Both the position numbers and the translations under genes were made by a program. From Nitrosopumilus sp. (lineage in GTDB: Archaea; Thermoproteota; Nitrososphaeria; Nitrososphaerales; Nitrosopumilaceae), in contig OZ245040.1 of the NCBI GenBank assembly GCA_965224195.1, positions 1,536,001-1,600,000 on the forward strand: a DNA stretch of 64,000 bases, given 5' to 3'. Numbering within the stretch: the stretch's first letter is position 1; every line of letters begins with the position of its first letter. Shown piece after piece: positions 1-9,973 of the stretch. The notes below the pieces were generated by a model. That model saw only the letters and a program-made list of their open reading frames with translations, had not been told where the DNA came from and made no database searches.

Positions 1-174
1 AGAGGCAGCAGCATTACTTAACGCAGCAAACAAACTGTTACTTGCAGCAACAGTTGGAGGGAATCCCAAAAATGTTAATACCGGAACTACAATTATTCCA
101 CCACCAAGACCAATCATAGAACCTAAAAGTCCAGCTGCGAATCCCAAAGGAATTAGCCATAGTTGATCAATCAT
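1..174 (-). CDS. TauE/SafE (sulfite exporter) family membrane protein, 5' part; runs off the window
   Basis: Manual translation from ATG 174: MIDQLWLIPLGFAAGLLGSMIGLGGGIIVVPVL, with the TauE GxGGG motif. Confidence 0.85.
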   Translation of the reverse strand, partial: MIDQLWLIPLGFAAGLLGSMIGLGGGIIVVPVLTFLGFPPTVAASNSLFAALSNAAAS

Positions 175-213
175 TGTAATGTCAATCAGAGAATTTTCTA
201 TTATATAATTAAA

Positions 214-846
214 CTATTTTAGAATAAGCAATGTCTGCAAAATAGAATTATCCTTTGTAGTTATTTCTAAAAGTATTTCATATCCGGCTAAATCATCGAT
301 TTTAGATTTAATATTACGCTTGTCAGAATCAATGTAAAAAGTTTGAACCTCCTCCAACCATGAAGAAATTGTAGGATAGTCTTCAGATTTTTCTTCTTCC
401 CAGCAGTCACAAACAAGGGTTTCAATCATAACCTCAAACACAGTAAAAACTTCATCTTGACTTGATTCTAGAGAAGGGGTTTCAAGATTAGCAATAGCTA
501 GAATAGGAGACTGAGTATCTCCTCCAATGTTGATATTTCCAAGAGAAGTTCCCTGATAGTCCAATACTGCAGTGGTAGTACAGTATTCTACACTTCTTGG
601 AAGTCCCTTTTCAAAATAAGTACAGTATTGACTTATGGTGTGATCAGCAATTGCTGTAGGAGAAGAGACAAAAATATTGTGGTCTTCTAAATTATTTTGA
701 ATGTGTTCAATATCATAATAACTAAATCCAACATCATAGATCAATTGAGATTCAGAGTCTGAAGATGTATCATTTGATAACATAAGAAAAACTGAAACAG
801 CAATAATAATTCCCACTAAAATAGGAATTATAATCATCTTGTTCAT
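214..846 (-). CDS. Membrane-anchored hypothetical protein
   Basis: 210 aa ORF with an N-terminal TM helix and an acidic extracellular domain with paired Cys. Confidence 0.7.
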   Translation of the reverse strand: MNKMIIIPILVGIIIAVSVFLMLSNDTSSDSESQLIYDVGFSYYDIEHIQNNLEDHNIFVSSPTAIADHTISQYCTYFEKGLPRSVEYCTTTAVLDYQGTSLGNINIGGDTQSPILAIANLETPSLESSQDEVFTVFEVMIETLVCDCWEEEKSEDYPTISSWLEEVQTFYIDSDKRNIKSKIDDLAGYEILLEITTKDNSILQTLLILK

Positions 847-886
847 AAAAAATCTATTTTTTATTCAAAGATAAGGCTTTGCAATT

Positions 887-1378
887 TTATATTGATATAA
901 TGGTTAATTTTGAATCTATTGTGATATTGTTTTGATCAATAAATCCAGAAGTCAATTCAAGAACATATGATGCTTCATTATCTGGCACTACACTCTGACA
1001 AGTAGTTATTTCTACTACAGTTTTACATGGTGGTACATCTTTTTCAATATGTACAACATTTCCATCTTGATCAAACCAAATCATATCTAAGGGAAATTGC
1101 ATGTTAAGCATCCATAAAGAGTACAATCCAGGTTCAGTAAATACAAAAATCATTCCTTGATCATAAGGTAATTGATCTTGGAACATCAATCCACGAACTC
1201 TTCGTGGTTCAGAATCAGCAATTTGAACTTCTAGTGCAACATCATCAACCAAAATAGTACCACGAGGGAATTCAACGGATTCTAATTTACTATCACTTGG
1301 AAGAGTCAACATACCAACTACTCCAATAATCACAGCTGCAATTGTAATTGGAATTAATGCTTGAGCACGAGTTGTCAT
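887..1378 (-). CDS. DUF192 domain protein
   Basis: Motifs RVRGLMF, GMIFVF, WMLNMQFPLDMIW and YVLEL. Confidence 0.9.
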   Translation of the reverse strand: MTTRAQALIPITIAAVIIGVVGMLTLPSDSKLESVEFPRGTILVDDVALEVQIADSEPRRVRGLMFQDQLPYDQGMIFVFTEPGLYSLWMLNMQFPLDMIWFDQDGNVVHIEKDVPPCKTVVEITTCQSVVPDNEASYVLELTSGFIDQNNITIDSKLTIISI

Positions 1379-1418
1379 GAATTAATTGGTTTGGCTCCTT
1401 TTTAAAAACTAAGAGTAT

Positions 1419-1769
1419 TTACATTACAGAATTTCTAAAGTCACTAATGGTAGACATGTTATTTTTTGTCTGATGCCCAATGTCATTAAGGGTGGAACCA
1501 TTGTATTTTTTGTCAAGATATCGTCCAGCAACTATCATAGGTCCTCCAATAGCACAAGTCACACCAGTTGGTTCAGGTACCCATAACATCAAAAATCCTA
1601 TTTTTTGAAGTTTTTTACCAGGGGCAGGTGCTTTTTGTAGAGCCCCCAATGAACGAGCAGTATGTTTGTCATTCATCCCAGATACTTCACAATACAGATT
1701 TGCCCTACGCTTAGCAGAATCAGAGAATTTCTTCAATTTTTCGAGACGTTCCTTTAAGGGATCAACCAT
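1419..1769 (-). CDS. Hypothetical protein
   Basis: 116 aa ORF with PEPTGVT hydrophobic hairpin. Confidence 0.65.
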   Translation of the reverse strand: MVDPLKERLEKLKKFSDSAKRRANLYCEVSGMNDKHTARSLGALQKAPAPGKKLQKIGFLMLWVPEPTGVTCAIGGPMIVAGRYLDKKYNGSTLNDIGHQTKNNMSTISDFRNSVM

Positions 1770-1901
1770 TCCAACCTTGATTTAGAAGAAATTAGTTAAG
1801 AAACAAAGATCAACTCATGTCACATTCAAGTCAACAAAGAATAGCTAAAATCAACAAAAAGACACTCAATTATACTAGATTTCATTTAGATACAAAGATA
1901 C

Positions 1902-2366
1902 ATGAAAACTAAGAATTCCAAAAGACTAGATTCAATCAAAGCAGCTCATGAATTAGAAAGAACTCGTTCAAGTTCAAGAATGGAAGATTATTTGGAAATT
2001 ATTGGAGAATTAGTAGAGTTGAAAGGATATGCAACCACTTTGGATATTTCAAGATACATGAATGTCAGTGCACCAAGTGTAACTAAAATGCTTCAAAGAC
2101 TAGAGGAAAATGGGTTTTTAGAATATGAAAAATATCATGGAATCAATCTTACAGATAAAGGAATGCAAGTTGCAGAAGGAATAAGACAGAAACATGGAAT
2201 ATTATTAGAATTTTTTGAAATTTTAGGAGTAGGATATGAAACAGCCAACCAAGATGCAGAAGGAATAGAACATCACTTAAATCCAAAAACAATAAAACAA
2301 TTAAGAAAATTTATTACTTTTCTGAAAGCAAATCCAAAAATTATTGATAATTTTAAAAATCTTTAA
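1902..2366 (+). CDS. mntR: DtxR/MntR family metal-dependent transcriptional regulator
   Basis: MEDYLE, VSAPSVTKMLQRL HTH, DAEGIEHHL. Confidence 0.9.
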   Translation: MKTKNSKRLDSIKAAHELERTRSSSRMEDYLEIIGELVELKGYATTLDISRYMNVSAPSVTKMLQRLEENGFLEYEKYHGINLTDKGMQVAEGIRQKHGILLEFFEILGVGYETANQDAEGIEHHLNPKTIKQLRKFITFLKANPKIIDNFKNL

Positions 2367-4173
2367 GATATAATTTGATATCATTTTGTGAAGATGAAAA
2401 ATCCATCAAGGTTCGTGCCACATCAGAACGTTTTGGAATTTTAAGTTGTCCTTTTTTTCCAATTCTAACAGATGCAACGAATTTTTCATTGGCATAGATA
2501 TCAGTATGCATTGATGTAAAATCCCTATTCACAGTAAGAAGAATTGCAGTTTTTGATTCAGAGAAACTAAATGGTAAATCATTAGATGTTAGTGATATAT
2601 CATCAGGTGATTTTTCAACAACGTCAATATGGACTTTGAGTAATTTTTCAATTTCATTAATGTTTGAGCCTCCACGTCCAATAATGGATGCAATATTTCG
2701 CTCATTGACCATAACTTTAACTCGATTATCAGATAAAATTTCAACTTCTGCATGTGGATCATATTGTCTGAAAGTTTCTTTAATTTTATCCTCAGCAAGT
2801 TTTTCTATTCCAATTTTATCGACTTTTTTCCCTACTGGAACTATAACATTTTCTTCACCAAAAGTGTAAATCTCATGTTCTAGAACATCATTCTCAAAAT
2901 TTCTAATTTCAATTACGGGTCTAGCCAAATCAGATTCAGTCATCCCAGTTGGAACTTTTACTTTTAATTCTAAATCATATACCATTTGAATTTCACCGTC
3001 TTTTACAAAAACTACAGTATCCAAAACATTTGGAATAATTCCTAATTCAATTTTACCAATGAATCGCTGAATTGCATCTAATGGAGAATTTGCATGTACA
3101 ACGCCAACCATTCCAACTCCAGTTAATCTCAAATCAGCAAAAGTAGCAAAATCTTCCCTTCGTCTTACTTCATCAAAAATTGTATAATCAGGTCTAACTA
3201 ATAATAAAATATCAGCAGAATTATCAAAACTTCCATCAAGTTTACTGTATTGAGTTACTCCCGAATCAACTTGTAAATCTCGTGGAGATTCAAATGTTTT
3301 TACAATCTTTCCCTGTTTATGATAAAAATTTGCAAGTCCTGATGCAAGTGTACTTTTTCCAGAACCAGGAGCACCTGAAATAACAATACCTTCTGCACTA
3401 CCAGAGAATCGTTCCATTAATTTTTCAGAAATAGAATAATCTTCAAGAGATAATTTTACAATTGGATGAACTATGGTAATTTCAAAAGATTCTGAAAAAG
3501 GAGGATGTGTAATTGCAATTCTATAATCTTGATGTTGAACAACAGATGCGCCTGTTTTAGATATTTCCAGAGCAGTAGAATCAGATATGTTCACGACATC
3601 CAAAATTTGTGCTGAAATCATTTCTAAATAATCCTTAGATAGAAGATCATCATTTAACTTTGTCAACACAAAGGCTCCAGGTTTTCCTTTTTTTGCCAAA
3701 GGGCATTGATTTTCTTTTAGATGAACACTCATTGTTTCAGAATCAAAATATTTTAAAAATTCTAAAGATTCATTTTTAATTTCAGATTTTAAAAATACTG
3801 TTTCAACACCTTCTCCCTGCGCCACCAAATGTTGAACATGATCAGAGGTGTACAGTATTGCATTGTTTTGTTTAGCCATATCTACTATTAGAGAATCAAT
3901 TCTCCCACTACTAGCAAGATTCACATCATCTGAAGAAGGATGTGTTCCATCCACAACAATACTTAGCCCATAACTTCCAGACAATAATTTCAGCTTTCGA
4001 ATCTTCTCAAGACCAATAAATCCCTGTTCTTTTTTCTTCGATGCCTGTGATTGCAACTCATCAAATACAGCTTGAGGAATAATGATTTCAAAATTTCTAA
4101 CACTCCCAGATTCAATTTGGGATACAAGTTGGCCATTGATAATTACGCTAGTATCAGCTACAATTTTTGACAA
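2353..4173 (-). CDS. PIN-domain ATPase with KH domain (PINA / PINc-VapC family ATPase)
   Basis: N-terminal PIN (ADTSVII), Walker A GAPGSGKS, FDEVR, KH GRGG motif. Confidence 0.9.
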   Translation of the reverse strand: MSKIVADTSVIINGQLVSQIESGSVRNFEIIIPQAVFDELQSQASKKKEQGFIGLEKIRKLKLLSGSYGLSIVVDGTHPSSDDVNLASSGRIDSLIVDMAKQNNAILYTSDHVQHLVAQGEGVETVFLKSEIKNESLEFLKYFDSETMSVHLKENQCPLAKKGKPGAFVLTKLNDDLLSKDYLEMISAQILDVVNISDSTALEISKTGASVVQHQDYRIAITHPPFSESFEITIVHPIVKLSLEDYSISEKLMERFSGSAEGIVISGAPGSGKSTLASGLANFYHKQGKIVKTFESPRDLQVDSGVTQYSKLDGSFDNSADILLLVRPDYTIFDEVRRREDFATFADLRLTGVGMVGVVHANSPLDAIQRFIGKIELGIIPNVLDTVVFVKDGEIQMVYDLELKVKVPTGMTESDLARPVIEIRNFENDVLEHEIYTFGEENVIVPVGKKVDKIGIEKLAEDKIKETFRQYDPHAEVEILSDNRVKVMVNERNIASIIGRGGSNINEIEKLLKVHIDVVEKSPDDISLTSNDLPFSFSESKTAILLTVNRDFTSMHTDIYANEKFVASVRIGKKGQLKIPKRSDVARTLMDFSSSQNDIKLYLKDF

Positions 4174-4330
4174 ATTTTAGTTCAATGGATTAGATGATTA
4201 ATGCCCTAATTTACTTTCTTAAATTAAAGACTTGATGATTCTAAATGCCATTAATTGCTTAAAGAAAACAAACTTTCAGAACTAAAATCACTCACACTCT
4301 TAACAAAATGGATATTTTTTCATTCAGATT

Positions 4331-4474
4331 ATGGAACAACTACATGAGAAAAACAAGGAATTTTATGAAAATTGTACCAAGTATTTTGAATTTTTACGTA
4401 AAAAATCAGGTACAGACTATAATTTTGAAGATGAGTACTATTTCACCATGCCTGCAATATCAAGGCAGAGATAG
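4331..4474 (+). CDS. Small hypothetical protein (47 aa), missing from the ORF track
   Basis: Manual translation MEQLHEKNKEFYENCTKYFEFLRKKSGTDYNFEDEYYFTMPAISRQR*; more protein-like than the overlapping 4308-4514 ORF. Confidence 0.6.
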   Translation: MEQLHEKNKEFYENCTKYFEFLRKKSGTDYNFEDEYYFTMPAISRQR

Positions 4475-4510
4475 CAGAAGATTTACGAGCAACTCACAAT
4501 TGCATAGAAT

Positions 4511-4665
4511 ATGAAATACAAGATTACAGGATCTTGCAGATAAGGCACTCAAATATGCAGAACAGTCAGGTGCTCAATATTGTAACATTAGAGCAGAACA
4601 ACAAGAACGAAGATCAGTATTAATAGGAAAAAATCAGTAGAATATGTTAAAGTTGATAACGATGC
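4511..4665 (+). pseudogene. tldD: TldD/PmbA family protein, N-terminal remnant (frameshifted and truncated at the island's left edge)
   Basis: RLQDLADKALKYAEQSGAQYCNIRAEQQERRSVLI...VEYVKVDND resembles the TldD N-terminus; similarity stops near 4665. Confidence 0.7.
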
Positions 4666-4722
4666 ATCTTGTAAGAAAAATGACCAAAAAAACAAGGACT
4701 AAATCAAAGGTGTAAGAATTAT

Positions 4723-5940
4723 TCATCTGCTGGCATTGTGGGCACGAACTACTGACTGCAAGTATTGCACTGCCTTTGCCTACTCTATCTTCATCGCATC
4801 TATTACCACTGGGTCTGACAGCTTGTCTGATGATGGCACTATCCAGATGGTTACTGGCTCTTTCAGGTCATTAAATGACTCATCAAAGAGCCCAGAGTTT
4901 GAATAATATTCCTTTACGTATTGCAGTGCACGATCCTTCTCATAGGATATGATACCATCATAGTTTGAGTTTGTCCTGCTCATTACATTTTTGATGTCAT
5001 CCTGGTATCGTACAAACTCGTCTCTTTCCAGCTAGAGCCACGTGCCAAAGTCGTTATGTGTCCATGCATATCCCCACTGGTCAGCAGTCAAAAATGTCAG
5101 AGCTTGAGCAGCAACAGCAGGTCGTTATGTGTCCATGCATATCCCCACGGGTCAGCCCACAGGTTGCCGGCTCTGTCTGTCTGGGTCAGTACCAGCTGGT
5201 GGATGCTTGCATATTCCTCTGAGTGATACATGCCGCTGCTTACAATGTGTCTCACATCAGCAGGGTTTAGTGACTCCCCAATTACGACAAAGCCGTGATT
5301 AAAATAATTCATGTGGATTCGTCTGTCAGTATCGACTGCTCCAATAGCAAATACCTTGTGTATTGGCGTCTCGTTGAAGTCAAACTGCAGCGTTACAGTG
5401 TGGCATTTTGGCGTTGTGTCTGTGCGCAGGCATTTGCTTGGCTCTATGGTTGCAGCAGTTACCGTACCATCCAGTAACCCTTCTGCATCAAGCACATCAA
5501 TTCTGACTACATAGTTATTGGGACTGGTATAGTTTCTAGACAGGTGTACCTTTACGCTTGTCTCTACATTATATACATCTCCAAGTCTTGGCACTCCAAA
5601 GAAAAACTCCACATAAGATAATATCTTGTCTGTGCATACCTTGCCTTGCAGATAGTTTGTGGTGTCTACCAGGATTTTGTCCTCAGGATACTCAGTGTGC
5701 CAGTCCGTCACGTCAACGCAGTTTTCATTCAGGCACATGCCGTTATTTACAATTAAATCATGTGTCAACTGAGACTTGCCAAAGGTTGGCTTTTTGTAAT
5801 CCTGCTGTATGATTGCAACATCATTGTTTGCAGCTGTGGTTGTTGCATCAACTGTTCCAATAGTTGTTGAAAATAATATTGATGCTGATACCAGTAGTAG
5901 AATTGTTATGTGATACTGCGTGTACCCCCTCCCCCTTCAT
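4723..5940 (-). pseudogene. Secreted/surface protein of a thaumarchaeal family, disrupted
   Basis: Signal peptide (YHITILLLVSASILFSTTIGTVDA) is out of frame with ATG 5940. ORFs 5097-5768 and 4780-4983 join once the 71-bp insertion is removed. Further in-frame stops at 5032 and 4780. Confidence 0.8.
5050..5156. repeat. 36-bp direct repeat (5050-5085, 5121-5156; 1 mismatch) flanking a 35-bp unique insert
   Basis: gtcgttatgtgtccatgcatatccccac(t/g)ggtcagc x2; insert agtcaaaaatgtcagagcttgagcagcaacagcag. Confidence 0.95.
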
Positions 5941-6206
5941 TGTTTGCTTTAAGCTCATTTACAATTATAGGATTTATATAATATTTAATACATCTTTCAT
6001 TCACAACCAGCCAGCGATCTCCTGACGTATGGTTTTGATTTCATATATTCATACTGCAATTATTCAACCGACTGGAATATTGAGGAGCCAAGTTTCAAGA
6101 AATATTCTCAAAATTTACAGCAAAAAGAATTTTGGAAAAAAGATTCTCAAATATGCAATAAAATTAGTCTATTCATCCGGCAAGATGAATCTGTAAAAGA
6201 TATCAG

Positions 6207-6545
6207 TTGACTCATCATGATGGGTCAATCAAAGAAATCACATCAGTTTATGCAGACAAGGAATACGACAGCACAGCAATCAGAAATTATTTGAAAAATA
6301 GAAACATTACCCCATGCATTCCAAAAAGAAATTTCAAGAAAAACAGTACTGAAAAATATAGTTACAAAAATTACAACAAGGTGAGATTTGTTGTGGAGAG
6401 ATTTTTTGCATGGTTCTGGTCCACTATGGTTGAACAATGGTTTTCATAGAACTAGAATCAGACATGAAAGAATTACAGATAATTATTTGTCATTTGCTTA
6501 TTTGGCATCAATTATGATGTATTGGAGGGTTTTAGGATAAGTTGA
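6207..6545 (+). mobile_element. IS5-family transposase C-terminal remnant with right end
   Basis: VYADKEYDS, RFVVERFFAW, then after a 16-bp insertion NGFHRTRIRHE...YWRVLG* (stop 6540). Confidence 0.8.
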
Positions 6546-6562
6546 ATAGATGAGTTGCGCAA

Positions 6563-6654
6563 TTGATTCAAAATGCAAGTAAAATTTAGTCTCAGATCTC
6601 GATACTTAACACGAAGAAGATCCATAGTTGAGGTCTTGATTACTTAACAGAACC
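6563..6654 (+). mobile_element. IS6-family right-end remnant
   Basis: LIQNASKI* (6563-6589) matches the C-termini of the other transposases here; terminal repeat at 6641-6654 reads GGTTCTGTTAAGTA on the minus strand. Confidence 0.75.
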
Positions 6655-6795
6655 TAATAATAACATCATAATCATCATATAGATTGAATTTTTCTTATAG
6701 ACCTGGCCATATGCTATTGTATCCTTTTCTGGCTCGGGTTTAGATTTTGGTTCTGGTTTAGTTTTCCAAAATCTCTTAAAATGATTTAACATCAT
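6640..6795 (-). pseudogene. Membrane protein 5' fragment truncated by the IS6 end
   Basis: MMLNHFKRFW...MMIMMLLL, then GSVK* encoded by the IS terminal repeat. Confidence 0.55.
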
Positions 6796-6931
6796 GAGGT
6801 TTTTTAAAGAAATATACTAAAAGAAAGTATTTTAACTAAAAAGATTAACGTTAACGTGTTTTAGAATTTTCTTTCCTTTTCATTTGATTGTATTTTCTTC
6901 ATTACATCGTCATAGTTAATTTTCCATCAGG

Positions 6932-7039
6932 TAAGAAGTGTGTAAATATTTTTCCTATGTTTCCATCTTGAGAATTTTGTTAAATGTAATGTCTATGCTC
7001 TTTTAAGAAGTGTGTAAATATTTTTCCTATGTTTCCATC
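6932..7039. repeat. 36-bp perfect direct repeat (6932-6967, 7004-7039) flanking a 36-bp unique insert
   Basis: taagaagtgtgtaaatatttttcctatgtttccatc x2; insert ttgagaattttgttaaatgtaatgtctatgctcttt. Confidence 0.95.
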
Positions 7040-7390
7040 AGGTAAGATTTTAAAAGTTATGATAACTGTTTGATTGCCATTAGTTGAAGTGAATCCTATC
7101 TTCCGGTCTGTAAGATAAGATGTGTCTCCTAATGATTGGACGTTTTTATATTTGGATGTAAAATTCATGTACTCTGGAGTTTGTTTGACTTTGTTTTCAA
7201 TACTGGTAAAAGGTTCCCATACAAGATCTCCGTAGATATTTCCAGATGAAAATAAATTCCAAATTAAACTGTATTGTGTAGCTCCCAAAATGACGAAAAT
7301 GGAGAGAAAAATAATTAAAATAATACCTGTCAATGGATTATTTTTAAAAAAAGAAAAAAAGTTAGAAATGAGCATGCCACCATTGAACAT
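6980..7390 (-). CDS. Small membrane-anchored protein, C-terminus altered by a 72-bp insertion; likely start 7375
   Basis: One TM helix; the current stop lies inside the 36-bp insert, and without it the ORF ends ...THFLPDGKLTMTM* at 6902. Confidence 0.7.
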   Translation of the reverse strand: MFNGGMLISNFFSFFKNNPLTGIILIIFLSIFVILGATQYSLIWNLFSSGNIYGDLVWEPFTSIENKVKQTPEYMNFTSKYKNVQSLGDTSYLTDRKIGFTSTNGNQTVIITFKILPDGNIGKIFTHFLKEHRHYI

Positions 7391-8693
7391 AGCTAGGCCA
7401 CCACAATCCAGGCCAAATATAACTTAGAACCTCAGGATTTGGTTCTTGACCATAGACGATATAGTCATAGCTTGATCTATCAATAATTGCCTGATCTCTG
7501 AACTGACCACTATTACAATTTCCTGGAGCGCCACTACTGACAACTTTGGCATAATCATATGGTCTAGAGGCTTCACCACTAAATGTTGCATATGAAGAAA
7601 CTTGATGATATCTATCACGCAGTAAATCATGCTGAGCTTGATAGAGGCTGCTGAATCCAGATTCGGAATCAATAACGCCTATATCTGGATGAGGATTAGA
7701 CATTCCATAACTTCCACAAGCACTAGGGCTTGAATTTGTACTGTGTCTTACTTTGGTGATTTCTGTATCAGACTCAACTCCAAATGCTGATTTTATAGGG
7801 GTTGAGACTTGATCATACATTACAAATACAATTTGCGTGTCATCTGTCAAATGTTCAGTATGAACTATACTCTCCACAGGATCAAACATTTTATGGAATT
7901 GTCCTGATTCCAATGATTCTATTGCATCATCAGATTGTTTCTCATCAACATCAGTTTGATCATAAAATGCATCGGCCATCTTATTGTGTATATCTGCAAA
8001 GTCTACAATTATCTGAATTTCAGAATTTGTCAATCCTTCAGATCTTAGAGTCTTTTTGTCTACAATCATGTGCATTGCATCATCAAAGGATACAAAATTC
8101 TCTGCATGTTCAAAAGCATGTCCAATTTCATCTATGGGATAACCAGTTACAATAGCATCCTCGTTCTCTTGGGCATACTGTCTGTCCAATCTGTCATTTA
8201 GCTTTGCAAGTCTATTCTCGGCCTTGGCAAGCTTTTCACTCAATACCTCAACTTTGTTGGAATTTTCTTTTGATTCCTGTGCAATCTTTACAGCTAACTT
8301 GGAAATTCGCTTCTCAACCTGATTGATTAGATGCTTAGTTGTTTCTATTTGCCCTTTTTTGGCATCTAGTTTATCCTGAATTTTGGCATGTTTTGCTTCT
8401 AACTTGACTAGTTTCTGCTCTACATTACCAATCTTTTCTTCAATGTCTTGAATGTGTTTTTGGTTTCCTTGTTCCTGTGCTTTGAGAAGTTTTTCTGCAA
8501 AGTCTGCCTTTTTGCTTTCAATGTTGGCAATCTCGTCTGCAATCTTTTGGAGTTTGATCTCAAGTTTGTCGATCTTTTTTTGTTTTTTATAGTCTGAGGT
8601 TGCAGCATCTGCCATATTCATAGATGAAAATGGTAGAATCATTGCAACAATCAACGAAGCAAACAAAAACGTTTTCGTTCTTCTATTTGTCAT
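7362..8693 (-). CDS. Secreted protein with long coiled coil and Trp-rich C-terminal domain
   Basis: Signal peptide KTFLFASLIVAMILPFSSMNMADA, about 140 aa of heptad coiled coil, C-terminus QEPNPEVLSYIWPGLWWPSYVQWWHAHF. Confidence 0.8.
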   Translation of the reverse strand: MTNRRTKTFLFASLIVAMILPFSSMNMADAATSDYKKQKKIDKLEIKLQKIADEIANIESKKADFAEKLLKAQEQGNQKHIQDIEEKIGNVEQKLVKLEAKHAKIQDKLDAKKGQIETTKHLINQVEKRISKLAVKIAQESKENSNKVEVLSEKLAKAENRLAKLNDRLDRQYAQENEDAIVTGYPIDEIGHAFEHAENFVSFDDAMHMIVDKKTLRSEGLTNSEIQIIVDFADIHNKMADAFYDQTDVDEKQSDDAIESLESGQFHKMFDPVESIVHTEHLTDDTQIVFVMYDQVSTPIKSAFGVESDTEITKVRHSTNSSPSACGSYGMSNPHPDIGVIDSESGFSSLYQAQHDLLRDRYHQVSSYATFSGEASRPYDYAKVVSSGAPGNCNSGQFRDQAIIDRSSYDYIVYGQEPNPEVLSYIWPGLWWPSYVQWWHAHF

Positions 8694-8839
8694 TAAATTA
8701 GAATAAAATTATTTAGATTTAAAGATGATGATCAACTCATATAAAATATCATTAATCATATACCAAAATACTAAACAACAATACTAGGAACTCAAGTAAC
8801 AGATCAACGCTTTTATCTCAGATCATCACTGAATTTACC

Positions 8840-8981
8840 ATGTCAAATAGTACAAAAAGTGCCAAATGTCCTCAGTGTCAGTTGACTGTCCGGGGAGAGT
8901 ATCTATGATATTTGGATATCGTGTAAACCAGAGGAAAAAGAAATCCAGTCCTGGTGTAAGGGATGCCGCTCTACTTCTTAA
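8840..8981 (+). pseudogene. Small Zn-finger protein remnant (frameshifted)
   Basis: AKCPQC...IFGYR...IQSWCKGCR spread over three frames. Confidence 0.55.
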
Positions 8982-9079
8982 CTGTCATACTCTATTAATG
9001 GCAGGGCTTTATCCTATTGATATTTCTCCATATGTTAGAATAATGCCATTAATTCCATTTTATATGTGGTATAATCACA

Positions 9080-9973
9080 GGTTCTGCTAACTTATCGAGG
9101 GATAAACTAGACTGAATTTTCCTTGTATAAACTGGCGTTTTCAATAATAGTTTTCCATCTATTCTTACCATCAACTTCAATCATGGCTTGTTCTGCTGGT
9201 GTCTTGCCTTTCAAAGAACCGTGTTTCTTTGTGAAATTGTAATAGGCCTTCATTCCGTCAATCAAAGGAGTATCAAATTTCTTTAATCCTCGGAATACTT
9301 TCTCTCTGTCTCTTATTTCTCCATTCAATCTCTCCATCTTGTTATTGCTGCCTCTGCCTCTTCTGCCTGCAATGTGAATATGTCCGACATGGTTGGTTTT
9401 CTTTCCAAAGACTTTCTTGCTTGACTTCATATATGCTGGCAGTCCATCAGTTACAAAGTGTGCAGGGGATTTTCCAATCTTCTTTTTTGTCAATTCCAAT
9501 AATGTGCCTGCATTATGCTGGAATTTTGTCTCTGACGTGTCACTAGCCAACCAGTAACGAGTATCATCATCCATAGAGGCAAAGAGATAGTTTTGTTTTC
9601 CTGCGATTTTAATCCAAACCTCATCTGCTCTGACCATAGCCCTGTCATTGGTTCTTGGTACAATGTCATTTAGATATTTTGAAACCATTGTGGAATATTT
9701 ACAAATCCATTTGTAAACTGCAACATCAGATACCTCAATACCCATCATCTCATAATGGTTTGAAATATCCCTTGTGGACATCCACGAATAATACATTTGT
9801 AATGCATCTGTAATTGTATTGGGGCTATCTTGTTTTCTCAAATCCAAAGTTTAAGCTAAATTTCTTCTTGCAGTCTAGACATTCAAAGATTCTAACTTTA
9901 CCGTTTTTGTTCTTTCTAAATCCATCTTTTCTTAATCTGCCTGAATCACAGTATTTGCATAGTTCTAATTTTG
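9080..9973 (-). mobile_element. IS6-family (DDE, IS240-like) element; frameshifted transposase with N-terminal Zn ribbon, 5' end cut by the next IS
   Basis: ORF 9107-9847 has RADEVW, VTDGLPAY, NNKMERLNG; CKYC...CLDC lies in another frame at 9850-9970; terminal repeat GGTTCTGCTAACTT at 9080-9093. Confidence 0.9.

Noticed and set aside
4308-4514. 68-aa ORF from the track
   Set aside because: The alternative frame 4331-4474 looks more like a real protein.
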